From Bacilli bacterium (GTDB lineage: Bacteria > Bacillota_I > Bacilli_A > ML615J-28 > CAG-698): a stretch of 64,000 nucleotides of DNA. The translations under genes were made by a program, and so were the position numbers. A model generated the notes under the pieces. It was not told where the DNA came from, did no database searches, and saw nothing but the letters and a program-made list of their open reading frames with translations. The stretch lies in NCBI GenBank assembly GCA_050953065.1, contig JBMNLZ010000001.1:128001-192000 (forward strand). The letters are read 5' to 3'. This document shows, piece after piece, positions 31,333 through 40,719 of this stretch; position 1 is the stretch's first letter, and every line of letters starts with the position of its first letter.

Positions 31333-32577
31333 TTAATTTACTTGTATCTCTTTTTCTTTAGGTTCTACTACAACAGGTTTCTTTTCTTTTTTTGTTATAA
31401 TAATTTCACCAGCTTTTACAAGAGAAATTTTTGTAATTACTGGGCCAACTAATTCGTAGAATAAAGTAGCACATAAAACAACGGTCATTACTTCAGATGC
31501 ATAAATAGGTATATCAGTTGTCGCTAATTGTGCCATACCGATAGCAACACCTGCTTGAGGTAATAACCCAAACCCTAAATATTTTTTAATTTTAGGATCG
31601 CTTTTTGTTATACTAGCAGCAAAATATGTTCCAAAATATTTTCCAAAAGACCTACATATAATATATACCACACCAATTATGCCAATTGAAGGTATAACAT
31701 AAAAATTTAGTTCCGCACTAGATAAAATAAAAAAAACCATAAAAACTGGCGGAGTCCACTTTTCAATTCCTTCCATAATTTCAGTTGCATTATCTCGTAA
31801 ATTACAAAAAATAATTCCTATTGACATGCATGTTAGTAATGATGATATTGCAAATGGAGTTTCTGAAGATATTAATTCGCACAATCCTACCCCTGCTAAA
31901 ACCATTGTAATCATTAATATTAATCTATTTGCTCTTGATTTAAACCATTTAGTTGCAAATACCAAAATTAATCCAAGTAGTCCTCCAAGAATTAGTGAGA
32001 ACGTAATCTCTAAAAGAGGAATAATAAAAGTATTATAAAATGACATAGCTAAATTATCAATTAAAGTTTTAGCAATCGCTACTAGTATTGCATATACCAT
32101 TAAACCTAAAGCATCATCAAATGCTACAACTGGTAATAAGGCATCAGTTACTGGTCCTTGAGCTTTATATTGTCTTACTACAAGCAATGTTGCAGCTGGA
32201 GCTGTTGCTGTAGCAATTGCTCCTAAAACTAAAGCTAATGCAAGAGGAACTTTAAAAATTATTAGGCCTACTATAACAAAAAAAGCTGCTGCTAAAGCTT
32301 GTATTACAGTGATAACAACAATTTTTCCACCGATAGCTTTAATATTTGATAGTTTGAACTCGCCTCCAATTGAAAAAGCTACAAATCCAAGTGCAATTGG
32401 AATTAAAATTTTTAAACTTTCTATATTCTCTAATGTAACAAAATTTAAACAATACGGTCCAATAAGTACACCAGCTATTAAATAGCCAGTTACATTAGGC
32501 AAATTAAAAATCTTTACTATTCTTGTAAGAAGCAAGCCAGACACTAAAATTAATGTTAAAACAAGTATAATATTCAT
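31333..32577 (-). CDS. Cation:proton antiporter (CPA2-like)
   Basis: About 12 TM helices; LPNVTGYL, ATAPAAT, VAFDDA and PQAGVAIG motifs. Confidence 0.9.
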   Translation of the reverse strand: MNIILVLTLILVSGLLLTRIVKIFNLPNVTGYLIAGVLIGPYCLNFVTLENIESLKILIPIALGFVAFSIGGEFKLSNIKAIGGKIVVITVIQALAAAFFVIVGLIIFKVPLALALVLGAIATATAPAATLLVVRQYKAQGPVTDALLPVVAFDDALGLMVYAILVAIAKTLIDNLAMSFYNTFIIPLLEITFSLILGGLLGLILVFATKWFKSRANRLILMITMVLAGVGLCELISSETPFAISSLLTCMSIGIIFCNLRDNATEIMEGIEKWTPPVFMVFFILSSAELNFYVIPSIGIIGVVYIICRSFGKYFGTYFAASITKSDPKIKKYLGFGLLPQAGVAIGMAQLATTDIPIYASEVMTVVLCATLFYELVGPVITKISLVKAGEIIITKKEKKPVVVEPKEKEIQVN

Positions 32578-32913
32578 TTATATATCAATTCCTTCTACAA
32601 AAGAAATTGGAAATGCGTACATAAAACCTTTTGATTTAATTCCATCTAAAGTTTCATTAACTAATTTTTTTAAAACATTAATTTTTTCTTCATTTTTTAA
32701 AATTATAAACAAAGCAGGGTGTTGCGGAGGATTACTGTCAACTATTTTACTTAAACTACCAAATATAGGGGCTGGTTCATCTTGAGAACTAAGCAACGAA
32801 CTCCTTAATCCTTGAGTTGGCAACATACTACCTCTATACCCATTTTCATAAACTGTTTTCATTAATTTGTGCATGTTTTCATTACTATAAAGTATCGTTA
32901 CAAATATATACAT
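32578..32913 (-). CDS. P-II/GlnB-like small protein
   Basis: 111 aa from the ATG at 32913 (GGAAGGTG RBS); PIFGSL and C-terminal GFMYAFPISFVEG pattern typical of P-II-like proteins; its stop abuts the antiporter start. Confidence 0.65.
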   Translation of the reverse strand: MYIFVTILYSNENMHKLMKTVYENGYRGSMLPTQGLRSSLLSSQDEPAPIFGSLSKIVDSNPPQHPALFIILKNEEKINVLKKLVNETLDGIKSKGFMYAFPISFVEGIDI

Positions 32914-33050
32914 ATCAATCACCTTCCTAACGATAATTATACTACTAAAACGACCTTTTTTCAATGCTAAGATTTCTTTATTAGGTAGTTATTTTCTTGA
33001 TTTAATTATAAAAATATTGTAAAATAATTAAGATAGATGGAGAAGAACTA

Positions 33051-34877
33051 ATGATTAATAAAAATGAACTTTTAAAACAACAACAATTCATACGAAATTT
33101 TTGTATTATTGCACACATAGATCATGGTAAATCTACGTTAGCAGATAGAATCATTGAAATGACTCAAACTGTAAGTTCAAGAGAAATGAAAGATCAATTA
33201 CTTGATTCAATGGATATAGAAAGAGAAAGAGGCATAACGATTAAATTAAACGCTATTGAGCTTTATTATAAATCAAAAAAAGGCGAAACATATACTTTCC
33301 ATTTAATCGATACTCCAGGACATGTTGACTTTGCTTACGAAGTATCACGTTCACTTGCAGCTTGTGAAGGTGCTATCTTAGTAATTGATGCTGCACAAGG
33401 TATCGAAGCACAAACTTTAGCAAATGCATATTTAGCAATTGATAACAATCTTGAAATAATTCCTCTAATTAATAAAATAGATTTACCAAGTGCTGATATA
33501 GAATACGTTAAAGAAGAAATTGAAACAATTATAGGGTTAGACTCTTCTAGGGCTATTTTAGCTAGTGCTAAACAAGGCATAGGAATAGAAGATTTATTAG
33601 AAGAAATTATCGTTAGAATACCAGCTCCTAAAGGGGATCCAAGCGCTCCACTACAAGCCTTAATATTTGATTCATATTATGACCAATATAGAGGTGTAAT
33701 TCCATTAATAAGAATAGTTAATGGAACTGTACAAAAAGGTGATATTATTTATATGATGTCAACTAATACATCTTTTGAAGTTATAGAAGTAGGTATTTAT
33801 AATCCTACTGAAGTTAAAAAACCTTTTCTTACTACTGGAGATGTAGGTTATATTGTTGCAAATATTAGAGATATTCAATATGTTAGAGTTGGAGATACGA
33901 TAACAGATGTTAATAATAAAGCAGCCAAACCTTTACCTGGATATAGAGTACTTAATCCAATGGTTTATTGTGGTATGTTTCCGGTGGATAATGCAAAATA
34001 TCAAGACTTACATGATGCTTTAGATAAATTAAAACTGAATGATGCTTCTTTAGTTTATGAATTAGAAACTTCTCAAGCATTAGGTTTTGGGTTTAGAGTT
34101 GGTTTTTTAGGAATGTTACATATGGATATAATTCAAGAAAGAATCGAAAGAGAATTTGGATTAGACTTAATAGCTACCGCTCCAAGCGTAATTTATAAAG
34201 TTTGTTTAGAAAATGGCTCTATAATAAACATAGATAACCCTTCAAAATTACCAGATTCCAATAAAATCAAATATATTGAAGAACCTTATGTTAAAGCTAG
34301 CATAATGACTCCTAATGAATATGTTGGAAGTGTTATGGAACTTTGCCAAAACAAACGTGGAATATATATAGATTTGAAATATCTTGATGCAAATCGAGTT
34401 GAAGTAATGTATGAAGTTCCATTATCTGAAATCATTTTTGATTTTTTTGACAAATTAAAATCCTACACTAAAGGTTATGCTTCCCTTGATTACCAACTTT
34501 CTAAATATAGACAATCAAACCTTGTAAGAATGGATATTTTACTAAATGGTGAAAAAATAGATGCTTTAAGTGTTATCATCCATAAAGATTTTGCTTATAA
34601 AAGAGCAACAGTAATCACTAGTAAATTAAAAAAATTAATACCTAGACAACTTTTTGAAATACCTGTACAAGCCGCTATTGGAAATAAAATAATAGCTAGA
34701 TGTAATATTAAAGCGGTGCGTAAAGATGTACTTGCTAAATGTTATGGTGGGGATATAAGTCGAAAAAAGAAATTGCTTTCTAAACAAAAGGAAGGGAAAA
34801 AAAGAATGAAATCAGTTGGAAGCGTCGAAATTCCACAATCTGCTTTTCTTTCAGTACTATCAATTGATGATGACTGA
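33051..34877 (+). CDS. lepA: Elongation factor 4
   Basis: [31 protein letters not shown] and [14 protein letters not shown] motifs. Confidence 0.98.
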   Translation: MINKNELLKQQQFIRNFCIIAHIDHGKSTLADRIIEMTQTVSSREMKDQLLDSMDIERERGITIKLNAIELYYKSKKGETYTFHLIDTPGHVDFAYEVSRSLAACEGAILVIDAAQGIEAQTLANAYLAIDNNLEIIPLINKIDLPSADIEYVKEEIETIIGLDSSRAILASAKQGIGIEDLLEEIIVRIPAPKGDPSAPLQALIFDSYYDQYRGVIPLIRIVNGTVQKGDIIYMMSTNTSFEVIEVGIYNPTEVKKPFLTTGDVGYIVANIRDIQYVRVGDTITDVNNKAAKPLPGYRVLNPMVYCGMFPVDNAKYQDLHDALDKLKLNDASLVYELETSQALGFGFRVGFLGMLHMDIIQERIEREFGLDLIATAPSVIYKVCLENGSIINIDNPSKLPDSNKIKYIEEPYVKASIMTPNEYVGSVMELCQNKRGIYIDLKYLDANRVEVMYEVPLSEIIFDFFDKLKSYTKGYASLDYQLSKYRQSNLVRMDILLNGEKIDALSVIIHKDFAYKRATVITSKLKKLIPRQLFEIPVQAAIGNKIIARCNIKAVRKDVLAKCYGGDISRKKKLLSKQKEGKKRMKSVGSVEIPQSAFLSVLSIDDD

Positions 34878-36003
34878 ACATCCGAATGTAAAAGGGCTTT
34901 ATATTCACATACCTTTTTGTAATAAGATATGTAATTATTGTGATTTTTTTAAAATAGTAGCTAGTGAAAAATTTATTAATGAATATTGCAAATATTTAAT
35001 TAAAGAACTTGAATCAAAAAAAGAATTTTTTAAAAAATTAAAAACTATTTATATTGGTGGTGGGACACCCAGTTCTTTAAGTAAAGAAAATCTAAGTAGA
35101 ATTTTCGAAAAATTACAAGAAATAATTGATTTTAATAACATTATTGAATTTACTATAGAAGCAAACCCTCTTGACATCACCTTATCTTTTTTAGACCTAC
35201 TAATAGTAAATAAAGTTACCAGATTAAGCATTGGCGTTCAAAGTTTTGACAATTACAAATTATCTGTACTAGGAAGAAAACATACCTTTAATGATTTATT
35301 TAAAATGTTTAATTTATTAAGAAAGAAAAAACTTAAAATTAGTTGTGATTTAATTTATGGTTTAAAAAAAGATAATTTTAAAAACTTTAAAAAAGACATA
35401 GTTTATCTGCTAAAAAATAGAGTAAAGCATATTTCCTTATACGCACTATCTTTGGAGGAAAAAACAATTTTTATGAAAGAATTTGAAAAAAAGAATTTTG
35501 AAATTCTTTCAGATGATGATTTATTTAAAATATATCAAAAATCTAGCAATTTTTTAAAGAAAAAGGGATTTATTCACTATGAAATCAGTAATTTTGGAAA
35601 GAAAGAACATTTTTCTGAACATAATTTACTCTATTGGAATAATGAAAATTACCTTGGAATTGGTTGTGCTGCAAGTTCTCATCTTGATTTAGTTAGATAT
35701 ACAAATCCTAAAAAATTTAAAGATTACTATGAAATAATAGAGTTTAATTCTTCAAAATACTACGAATATGAAAACTTAACAGTAGAAGAATCAATGAAAG
35801 AAGAAGTAATCTTAAATTTAAGAAAAAGAACTGGTATAGATACAGTAGCTTTTTATAATAAATATAAAAAAAATATATTTATGATATTTCCTAATATAAA
35901 TAAAATCATTCAGGAAAAATTATTAACATATAAAAATAATCACATTTTTATCCCTGAATCAAAATTTTATATCTCAAATTATATTATAAATATGATTATT
36001 TAA
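34867..36003 (+). CDS. hemW: Radical SAM heme chaperone HemW (HemN-like)
   Basis: [16 protein letters not shown] (CxxxCxxC), GGGTPS, YEISNF and HNLLYW motifs; lepA-hemW synteny. Confidence 0.9.
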   Translation: MMTEHPNVKGLYIHIPFCNKICNYCDFFKIVASEKFINEYCKYLIKELESKKEFFKKLKTIYIGGGTPSSLSKENLSRIFEKLQEIIDFNNIIEFTIEANPLDITLSFLDLLIVNKVTRLSIGVQSFDNYKLSVLGRKHTFNDLFKMFNLLRKKKLKISCDLIYGLKKDNFKNFKKDIVYLLKNRVKHISLYALSLEEKTIFMKEFEKKNFEILSDDDLFKIYQKSSNFLKKKGFIHYEISNFGKKEHFSEHNLLYWNNENYLGIGCAASSHLDLVRYTNPKKFKDYYEIIEFNSSKYYEYENLTVEESMKEEVILNLRKRTGIDTVAFYNKYKKNIFMIFPNINKIIQEKLLTYKNNHIFIPESKFYISNYIINMII

Positions 36004-36011
36004 GGAGAAAT

Positions 36012-36908
36012 ATGTTAGAAAATCTATTTTCAGAATATAAATATTACCTAGAAGGTGAAAGCAATTTAAGTATAAGCTCTATAAAATCTTACTTAAAAGA
36101 CGTATCTCAATATACAACTTATTTATCAAAGTACCGTAATATATCTTTCCCTGAAAAAATTACAGTTGATGACATAAGATCGTTTTTAGGTAGTCTAAAT
36201 CGAAAAGGGCTTTCTAGTTTATCTCAAGCACGGAAAATTTCAAGTATTAAATCATTTCATAAATTCTTGATGCTTGAAAAAATTACTTCTACAAATGTTG
36301 CTAAATTAATCTCTAACCCTAAAATCGAGAAAAAACTCCCTGTAACGTTTTCTATACAAGAAATTGATTTGCTTTTAGAACAATTTAAACCTGATTCTCC
36401 TTTAGGTATAAGAGATAGAGCTGTTGTAGAGTTGCTTTATTCATCAGGATTAAGAATTTCAGAATTAGTAAATTTAAAGTTAGAGGACCTACATTTGGAA
36501 CTTAATTTTATTAAAATTACTGGAAAAGGGAACAAAGAAAGGATTGTTCCTGTGGGCGAAATTGCGATAGATTATTTAAACAAATATTTATCTGAATCAA
36601 GACCTTTTTTAAACAAAAAACATAATAACTGGGTATTTCTTAGTAAAAATGGTAGTCAAATTAACAGACAAACCATTTTTACTACCTTAAAAGAAAAAGC
36701 AAAACAAGCAAATTTAAGCGAATCCATCTCACCACACAAACTTAGACATTCTTTTGCATCACATTTACTAGAACAAGGGACCGATTTAAGATTAATTCAA
36801 GAACTTTTAGGACATGAAGATATTTCAACGACTGAAATATATACTCATGTAAATGATTCAAAATTGAAAGAAACTTATTTAAAATCACATCCAAGGTCTA
36901 AAAAATGA
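36012..36908 (+). CDS. xerD: Tyrosine recombinase XerD (RipX-like)
   Basis: LYSSGLRISE, GKGNKER, HKLRHSFASH and LGHEDISTTEIY motifs; xerD-deoB order as in Bacillus ripX-drm; dif 2.4 kb away. Confidence 0.88.
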   Translation: MLENLFSEYKYYLEGESNLSISSIKSYLKDVSQYTTYLSKYRNISFPEKITVDDIRSFLGSLNRKGLSSLSQARKISSIKSFHKFLMLEKITSTNVAKLISNPKIEKKLPVTFSIQEIDLLLEQFKPDSPLGIRDRAVVELLYSSGLRISELVNLKLEDLHLELNFIKITGKGNKERIVPVGEIAIDYLNKYLSESRPFLNKKHNNWVFLSKNGSQINRQTIFTTLKEKAKQANLSESISPHKLRHSFASHLLEQGTDLRLIQELLGHEDISTTEIYTHVNDSKLKETYLKSHPRSKK

Positions 36909-36918
36909 AAGGATTTAT

Positions 36919-38100
36919 ATGTATAAAAGAATATTTTTGATAGTTTTAGATTCTTTAGGCGTTGGTGCTTTACCAGATGCTGATTTATATGGTGATTCTA
37001 ATACTAATACTTTGAAAAATTTAAGTTTTTCAAAAAAAGATTTTAATATACCTAATCTTTTTAAATTAGGAATAGGATCAATAACTAAAGTTAATAATAC
37101 TCCTTTAAATAGTGTTCCCGTTGCATCTTTTGGGAAAATGAACGAAGCAAGTTATGGAAAAGATACCTTAACAGGGCACTGGGAATTAATGGGAATTATC
37201 ACAAAAACCCCCTTTAAAGTCTTTGATAAAGAAGGTTTTCCAAAAGAATTAATCAAAACTATTGAAAAAATCTCTGGTTTTAAATTAATTGGTAATTATG
37301 CATCTAGTGGCACTGAAATTATAGAGGTTTTAGGCGAACAACATATAAAAACTAAAAAACCAATTATTTACACATCTGTAGATTCTGTTTTACAAATAGC
37401 TGCACATGAAGAGATTTTCGGTTTGGAAAATTTATATAAATTGTGTGAAATTTCTAGAAAAATAACGCTAGAAAATCCTAAATGGAAAGTCGGTCGAATA
37501 ATAGCTAGACCTTTTTTAGGTGATAAACCTGGACATTTTTATAGAACGCCTAATAGAAGGGATTATTCAGTATCTCCACCAGAAACAACTGTCCTAGATA
37601 TTTTGAAAAATAACGATTATGATGTTATTTCTATAGGTAAAATTAGCGATATTTTTAATAATCGAGGAATAACTAAAAAAATCAAAACTAAATCAAATGA
37701 TGATGGAATAAATAAGCTAATAGAAATTCAAAAAAAAGATTTTACAGGCTTATGTTTTGTTAATTTAGTTGACTTTGATGCAAATTATGGACATAGAAGA
37801 GATGCATATGGATATGCTTTAGCTATGGAAGCTTTTGACAAAAAACTAAGCGAAATTTTTAAAAACTTACTATCGGATGATTTAATTATCTTCACTGCTG
37901 ATCATGGAAATGATCCAACACACGACGGAACTGATCATACTAGGGAATATGTCCCTCTATTAGTATATGGAAAAAAAGTAAGAAATATTAATTTAGGAAC
38001 AAGAGAAAGTTTTGCTGATGTGGGGGCTACCATCTTAGAGAACTTTAAACTTTCTGATTCTAAAAAAGGAAAAAGTTTCCTTAATGACATAAAAAAATAA
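36919..38100 (+). CDS. deoB: Phosphopentomutase
   Basis: LDSLGVG, GKDTLTGHWE, NLVDFD..YGHRRD and ADHGNDP..GTDHTRE motifs. Confidence 0.96.
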   Translation: MYKRIFLIVLDSLGVGALPDADLYGDSNTNTLKNLSFSKKDFNIPNLFKLGIGSITKVNNTPLNSVPVASFGKMNEASYGKDTLTGHWELMGIITKTPFKVFDKEGFPKELIKTIEKISGFKLIGNYASSGTEIIEVLGEQHIKTKKPIIYTSVDSVLQIAAHEEIFGLENLYKLCEISRKITLENPKWKVGRIIARPFLGDKPGHFYRTPNRRDYSVSPPETTVLDILKNNDYDVISIGKISDIFNNRGITKKIKTKSNDDGINKLIEIQKKDFTGLCFVNLVDFDANYGHRRDAYGYALAMEAFDKKLSEIFKNLLSDDLIIFTADHGNDPTHDGTDHTREYVPLLVYGKKVRNINLGTRESFADVGATILENFKLSDSKKGKSFLNDIKK

Positions 38101-38261
38101 AATATATTTAATCAGCAATAATAGAGAGCTCGTACAAAACGATTATCTTTTTAAATGGGCAAATTATAAAGTTAAAGTTTTCTAACAGCCTCTAATCAGC
38201 CTTTTTTCAGGCGTTTTTCTCAAAAAAACTAATATTTTTAATAAATAATCGGAGGAATATA

Positions 38262-38678
38262 ATGAAAAGTTTTAGAAAAGAATTGATTATTAACACAGCA
38301 AGTAGAAGAACTTTTATTAATATAACTAGGCAAGTAAATGATGCACTTAAAGAAAGCCAAATTAAAGAAGGTATTTTGCTATGTAACGCAATGCACATAA
38401 CTGCTAGTGTTTTCATAAATGATGATGAATCTGGTCTCCATCAGGATTTTGAAGTTTGGCTAGAAAAATTAGCTCCTGAAAAACCATATTCACAATATAA
38501 ACATAATAGCTATGAAGACAACGGAGATGCACATCTAAAAAGATCTGTTATGGGAAGAGAAGTTGTTGTTGCTATTACTAATGGAGAATTAGATTTTGGT
38601 CCATGGGAACAAATTTTTTATGGTGAGTTTGATGGTAAAAGAAACAAAAGAATTCTTATTAAAATCATAGGGGAATAA
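38262..38678 (+). CDS. yjbQ: YjbQ/UPF0047 family protein
   Basis: [19 protein letters not shown] and [13 protein letters not shown] motifs. Confidence 0.92.
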   Translation: MKSFRKELIINTASRRTFINITRQVNDALKESQIKEGILLCNAMHITASVFINDDESGLHQDFEVWLEKLAPEKPYSQYKHNSYEDNGDAHLKRSVMGREVVVAITNGELDFGPWEQIFYGEFDGKRNKRILIKIIGE

Positions 38679-38710
38679 TAAAAAACGCCCTAAAACAAGG
38701 CGAAAAGTGT

Positions 38711-38736
38711 TCTGTGAGAAGATTATCTTTTTTAAG
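38711..38736 (+). repeat. 26-bp inverted repeat, left copy
   Basis: TCTGTGAGAAGATTATCTTTTTTAAG; 25/26 identical to the reverse complement of 39625-39650. Confidence 0.9.
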
Positions 38737-38866
38737 ATAGTGAATTATACATAACCTTTTTATAAGAGACTTATATACATAACTTTAAAATAAATTTTAT
38801 CTTTTTTTATTTTAATAATTTAAAATATTAAACGAAGTAATTATTTGATTCATAAAAATAATTCCT

Positions 38867-38892
38867 AACTGCTTTCAAAAGCAGTTTTTTTT
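38867..38892 (+). terminator. Intrinsic terminator inside the terminus intergenic region
   Basis: AACTGCTTT-CA-AAAGCAGTT plus T-tract. Confidence 0.7.
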
Positions 38893-39341
38893 ATTTTTTT
38901 ATTATATCCATTTTTATATATAGAAGAAGATTTATTTTTTTAAAGAAAATTTACAAGTTTAAAATTCTTTAAAAACTAAACTTATTCAATTTAAAAAGGA
39001 TAGCGTTATCTAAAGTCATTATATAAACATTGATATATAAAAAGATATTCGCTGGAATATAGAAAAAAACAAAGTTATGACAACAATAATGTTAAATTAA
39101 CTTTAAAAACTGTTTTATTAATTATCATATTAACATACTCAAATCCTAATATGGCTATATTTAACGCTCTTCAAGTTGTTCTGCATCATAAAACATCACT
39201 TATAAAAGTACTCATTCGCTTAAAGCGAGATTTTTTTAACAAAAAAACCACAATATTAACTTTTTTAAAAAAGCCCAAAAAGCAAGTTATCAACAGTTAT
39301 CAACGGTTGTTATTTATTAGCGTTTTACGTACATTATTCTT

Positions 39342-39369
39342 ATTTAACATAATATATATTATAGGAAGT
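39342..39369 (-). other. dif: dif site (Xer chromosome dimer resolution site)
   Basis: Minus strand reads ACTTCCTATAA-TATATA-TTATGTTAAAT, matching the Bacillota XerC arm, a 6-bp spacer and the XerD arm; located at the switch in gene orientation. Confidence 0.93.
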
Positions 39370-39624
39370 TGAATAAGAATCAAAACGAACTAAGAATTAA
39401 AGGCAGAATATGTGACTTTAACTAAATCAATACTTATTCTTCTATTGCTTTAGTTATGCTTTATAATGGGTGTTTTTCCCCCTAGAATCGATTTTAATAG
39501 TTTTTATCAATATAATTACGAACTATATATATTACCAAAATAAGCAATTTTTTAAGTTTGTTTTTTTCATGCTTATATAGGATATATAAAGTTTGTTTAA
39601 ACCTTTTTAATTTACTTCCCATTG

Positions 39625-39650
39625 CTTAAAAAAGATAATCCTCTCACAGA
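39625..39650 (-). repeat. 26-bp inverted repeat, right copy
   Basis: Minus strand reads TCTGTGAGAGGATTATCTTTTTTAAG. Confidence 0.9.
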
Positions 39651-39682
39651 GCGAACAAATTTTATAAGTTTGTTTGAAATAT

Positions 39683-39711
39683 AAAAAAATAGGGATTTTT
39701 TCCCCTATTTT
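39683..39711 (-). terminator. Terminator of the parE-parC-fic operon
   Basis: ATAGGG/CCCTAT stem with an A-tract on the left. Confidence 0.7.
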
Positions 39712-40710
39712 AATTTTCTCCATTTTGCGGATCTGCCTTTACCTATCGGCTTGATTACTCCAGCCTCTTTCATTTTAATCAAACTTCTATTTATAGTAGA
39801 TTCGCTAATGTATGGATAGAGTTCTCTCAAATCGTCTTTTGAAAAAATGCTCCCCATATTTAAAATACTGTTTTCTAAATTTTCTGACTTGTTCATCCTA
39901 CGGTCAAACTCATAATTTTTAACCAACTCTTCAGTTTGTTTGTATGCTGCAAGCGACAAATTTAAAATAAAGTTAACAAAAACAATCGGCTGTGCATAAC
40001 CTTCTTTCCAATTAAAACTAGCATCTTTTAAATTGTTCTCATAATCATCAAAATTATCAAGTAGTAACTCAAAAAAACTAACATATTTAAATGCATTAAC
40101 TTCGCTTTTTAAAACCGTCAAATATAGTAATAAATAAGCTATTGTTTCATTTTTATCAGTAAAAGGAGCTAAATTATAAAAATCTATAAAATAATGAGTA
40201 TATAAAATAATAGATTCAACTGTAGATTTTTGAATGTTTTCAGTTAGAAAATCATGATATGAGTTTAACATGGAACGCTTATTTACCATTTCTTGGCTTT
40301 TTAAAGATATTCTTTTGCTAGAGGCCATCATAGCATATTTTATTTCAGATTTATATATATAATTAACCATATTTAGTAAATCATTGCTTTGAATAGCTAC
40401 TGTGTTAGTTTTTTTTTTGACAAATCGTGATTATTTCTTTTAAATTATATAATATAGATTCTTCTTTGTTTCTAGGATGAGAATCTTTAGTAATAATTAG
40501 TCTCATTCTTTGATCACTAATATTTAATTTTAACAATACAGCCAAAAAATATGTGTCTTTTTCAATAGTAGCTTCTACTGCTTTATCATTGTCACTTCTC
40601 AACACGTCTTCATAGTGTTTGTTTTTCCCAATGCATTTATAAACTTGAGCAATATTATAAATTACATCGTTTGGAATTATTAATCGATTTATATTTTCTA
40701 TAGAACTCAT
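39705..40710 (-). pseudogene. Fic-fold + C-terminal wHTH protein with a degenerate active site, split by a frameshift in an A10 tract
   Basis: ORFs 40405-40710 and 39705-40370 join into one 334-aa frame if one base of T10 at 40409-40418 is removed; Fic-like motif APFTDKNETIAY; wHTH tail ISESTINRSL..MKEAGVIKPIGKGRSAKW. Confidence 0.75.
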
Positions 40711-40719
40711 TTTTTCCTC

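Noticed and set aside
34867-36003. Radical SAM enzyme as maturase for the small peptides
   Set aside because: It is the HemW housekeeping family next to lepA, with no RRE or SPASM domain
38120-38200. Purine riboswitch after deoB (CTCGTA...ATGG...GTTTTCTA)
   Set aside because: It lacks the CCGTAAA loop and the GACTACGAG 3' strand; kept only as an unclassified structured leader
38746-38783. Direct repeat TATACATAAC x2 as a CRISPR array or iteron
   Set aside because: Only two 10-bp AT-rich copies, no regular array and no cas genes
39151-39372. 73-aa ORF in the terminus gap
   Set aside because: No RBS or recognisable motif, and it runs through dif; probably spurious
36012-39650. Integrative element or prophage defined by the tyrosine recombinase
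   Set aside because: The recombinase is chromosomal XerD in ripX-drm-like synteny; no cargo, att pair or phage genes are present
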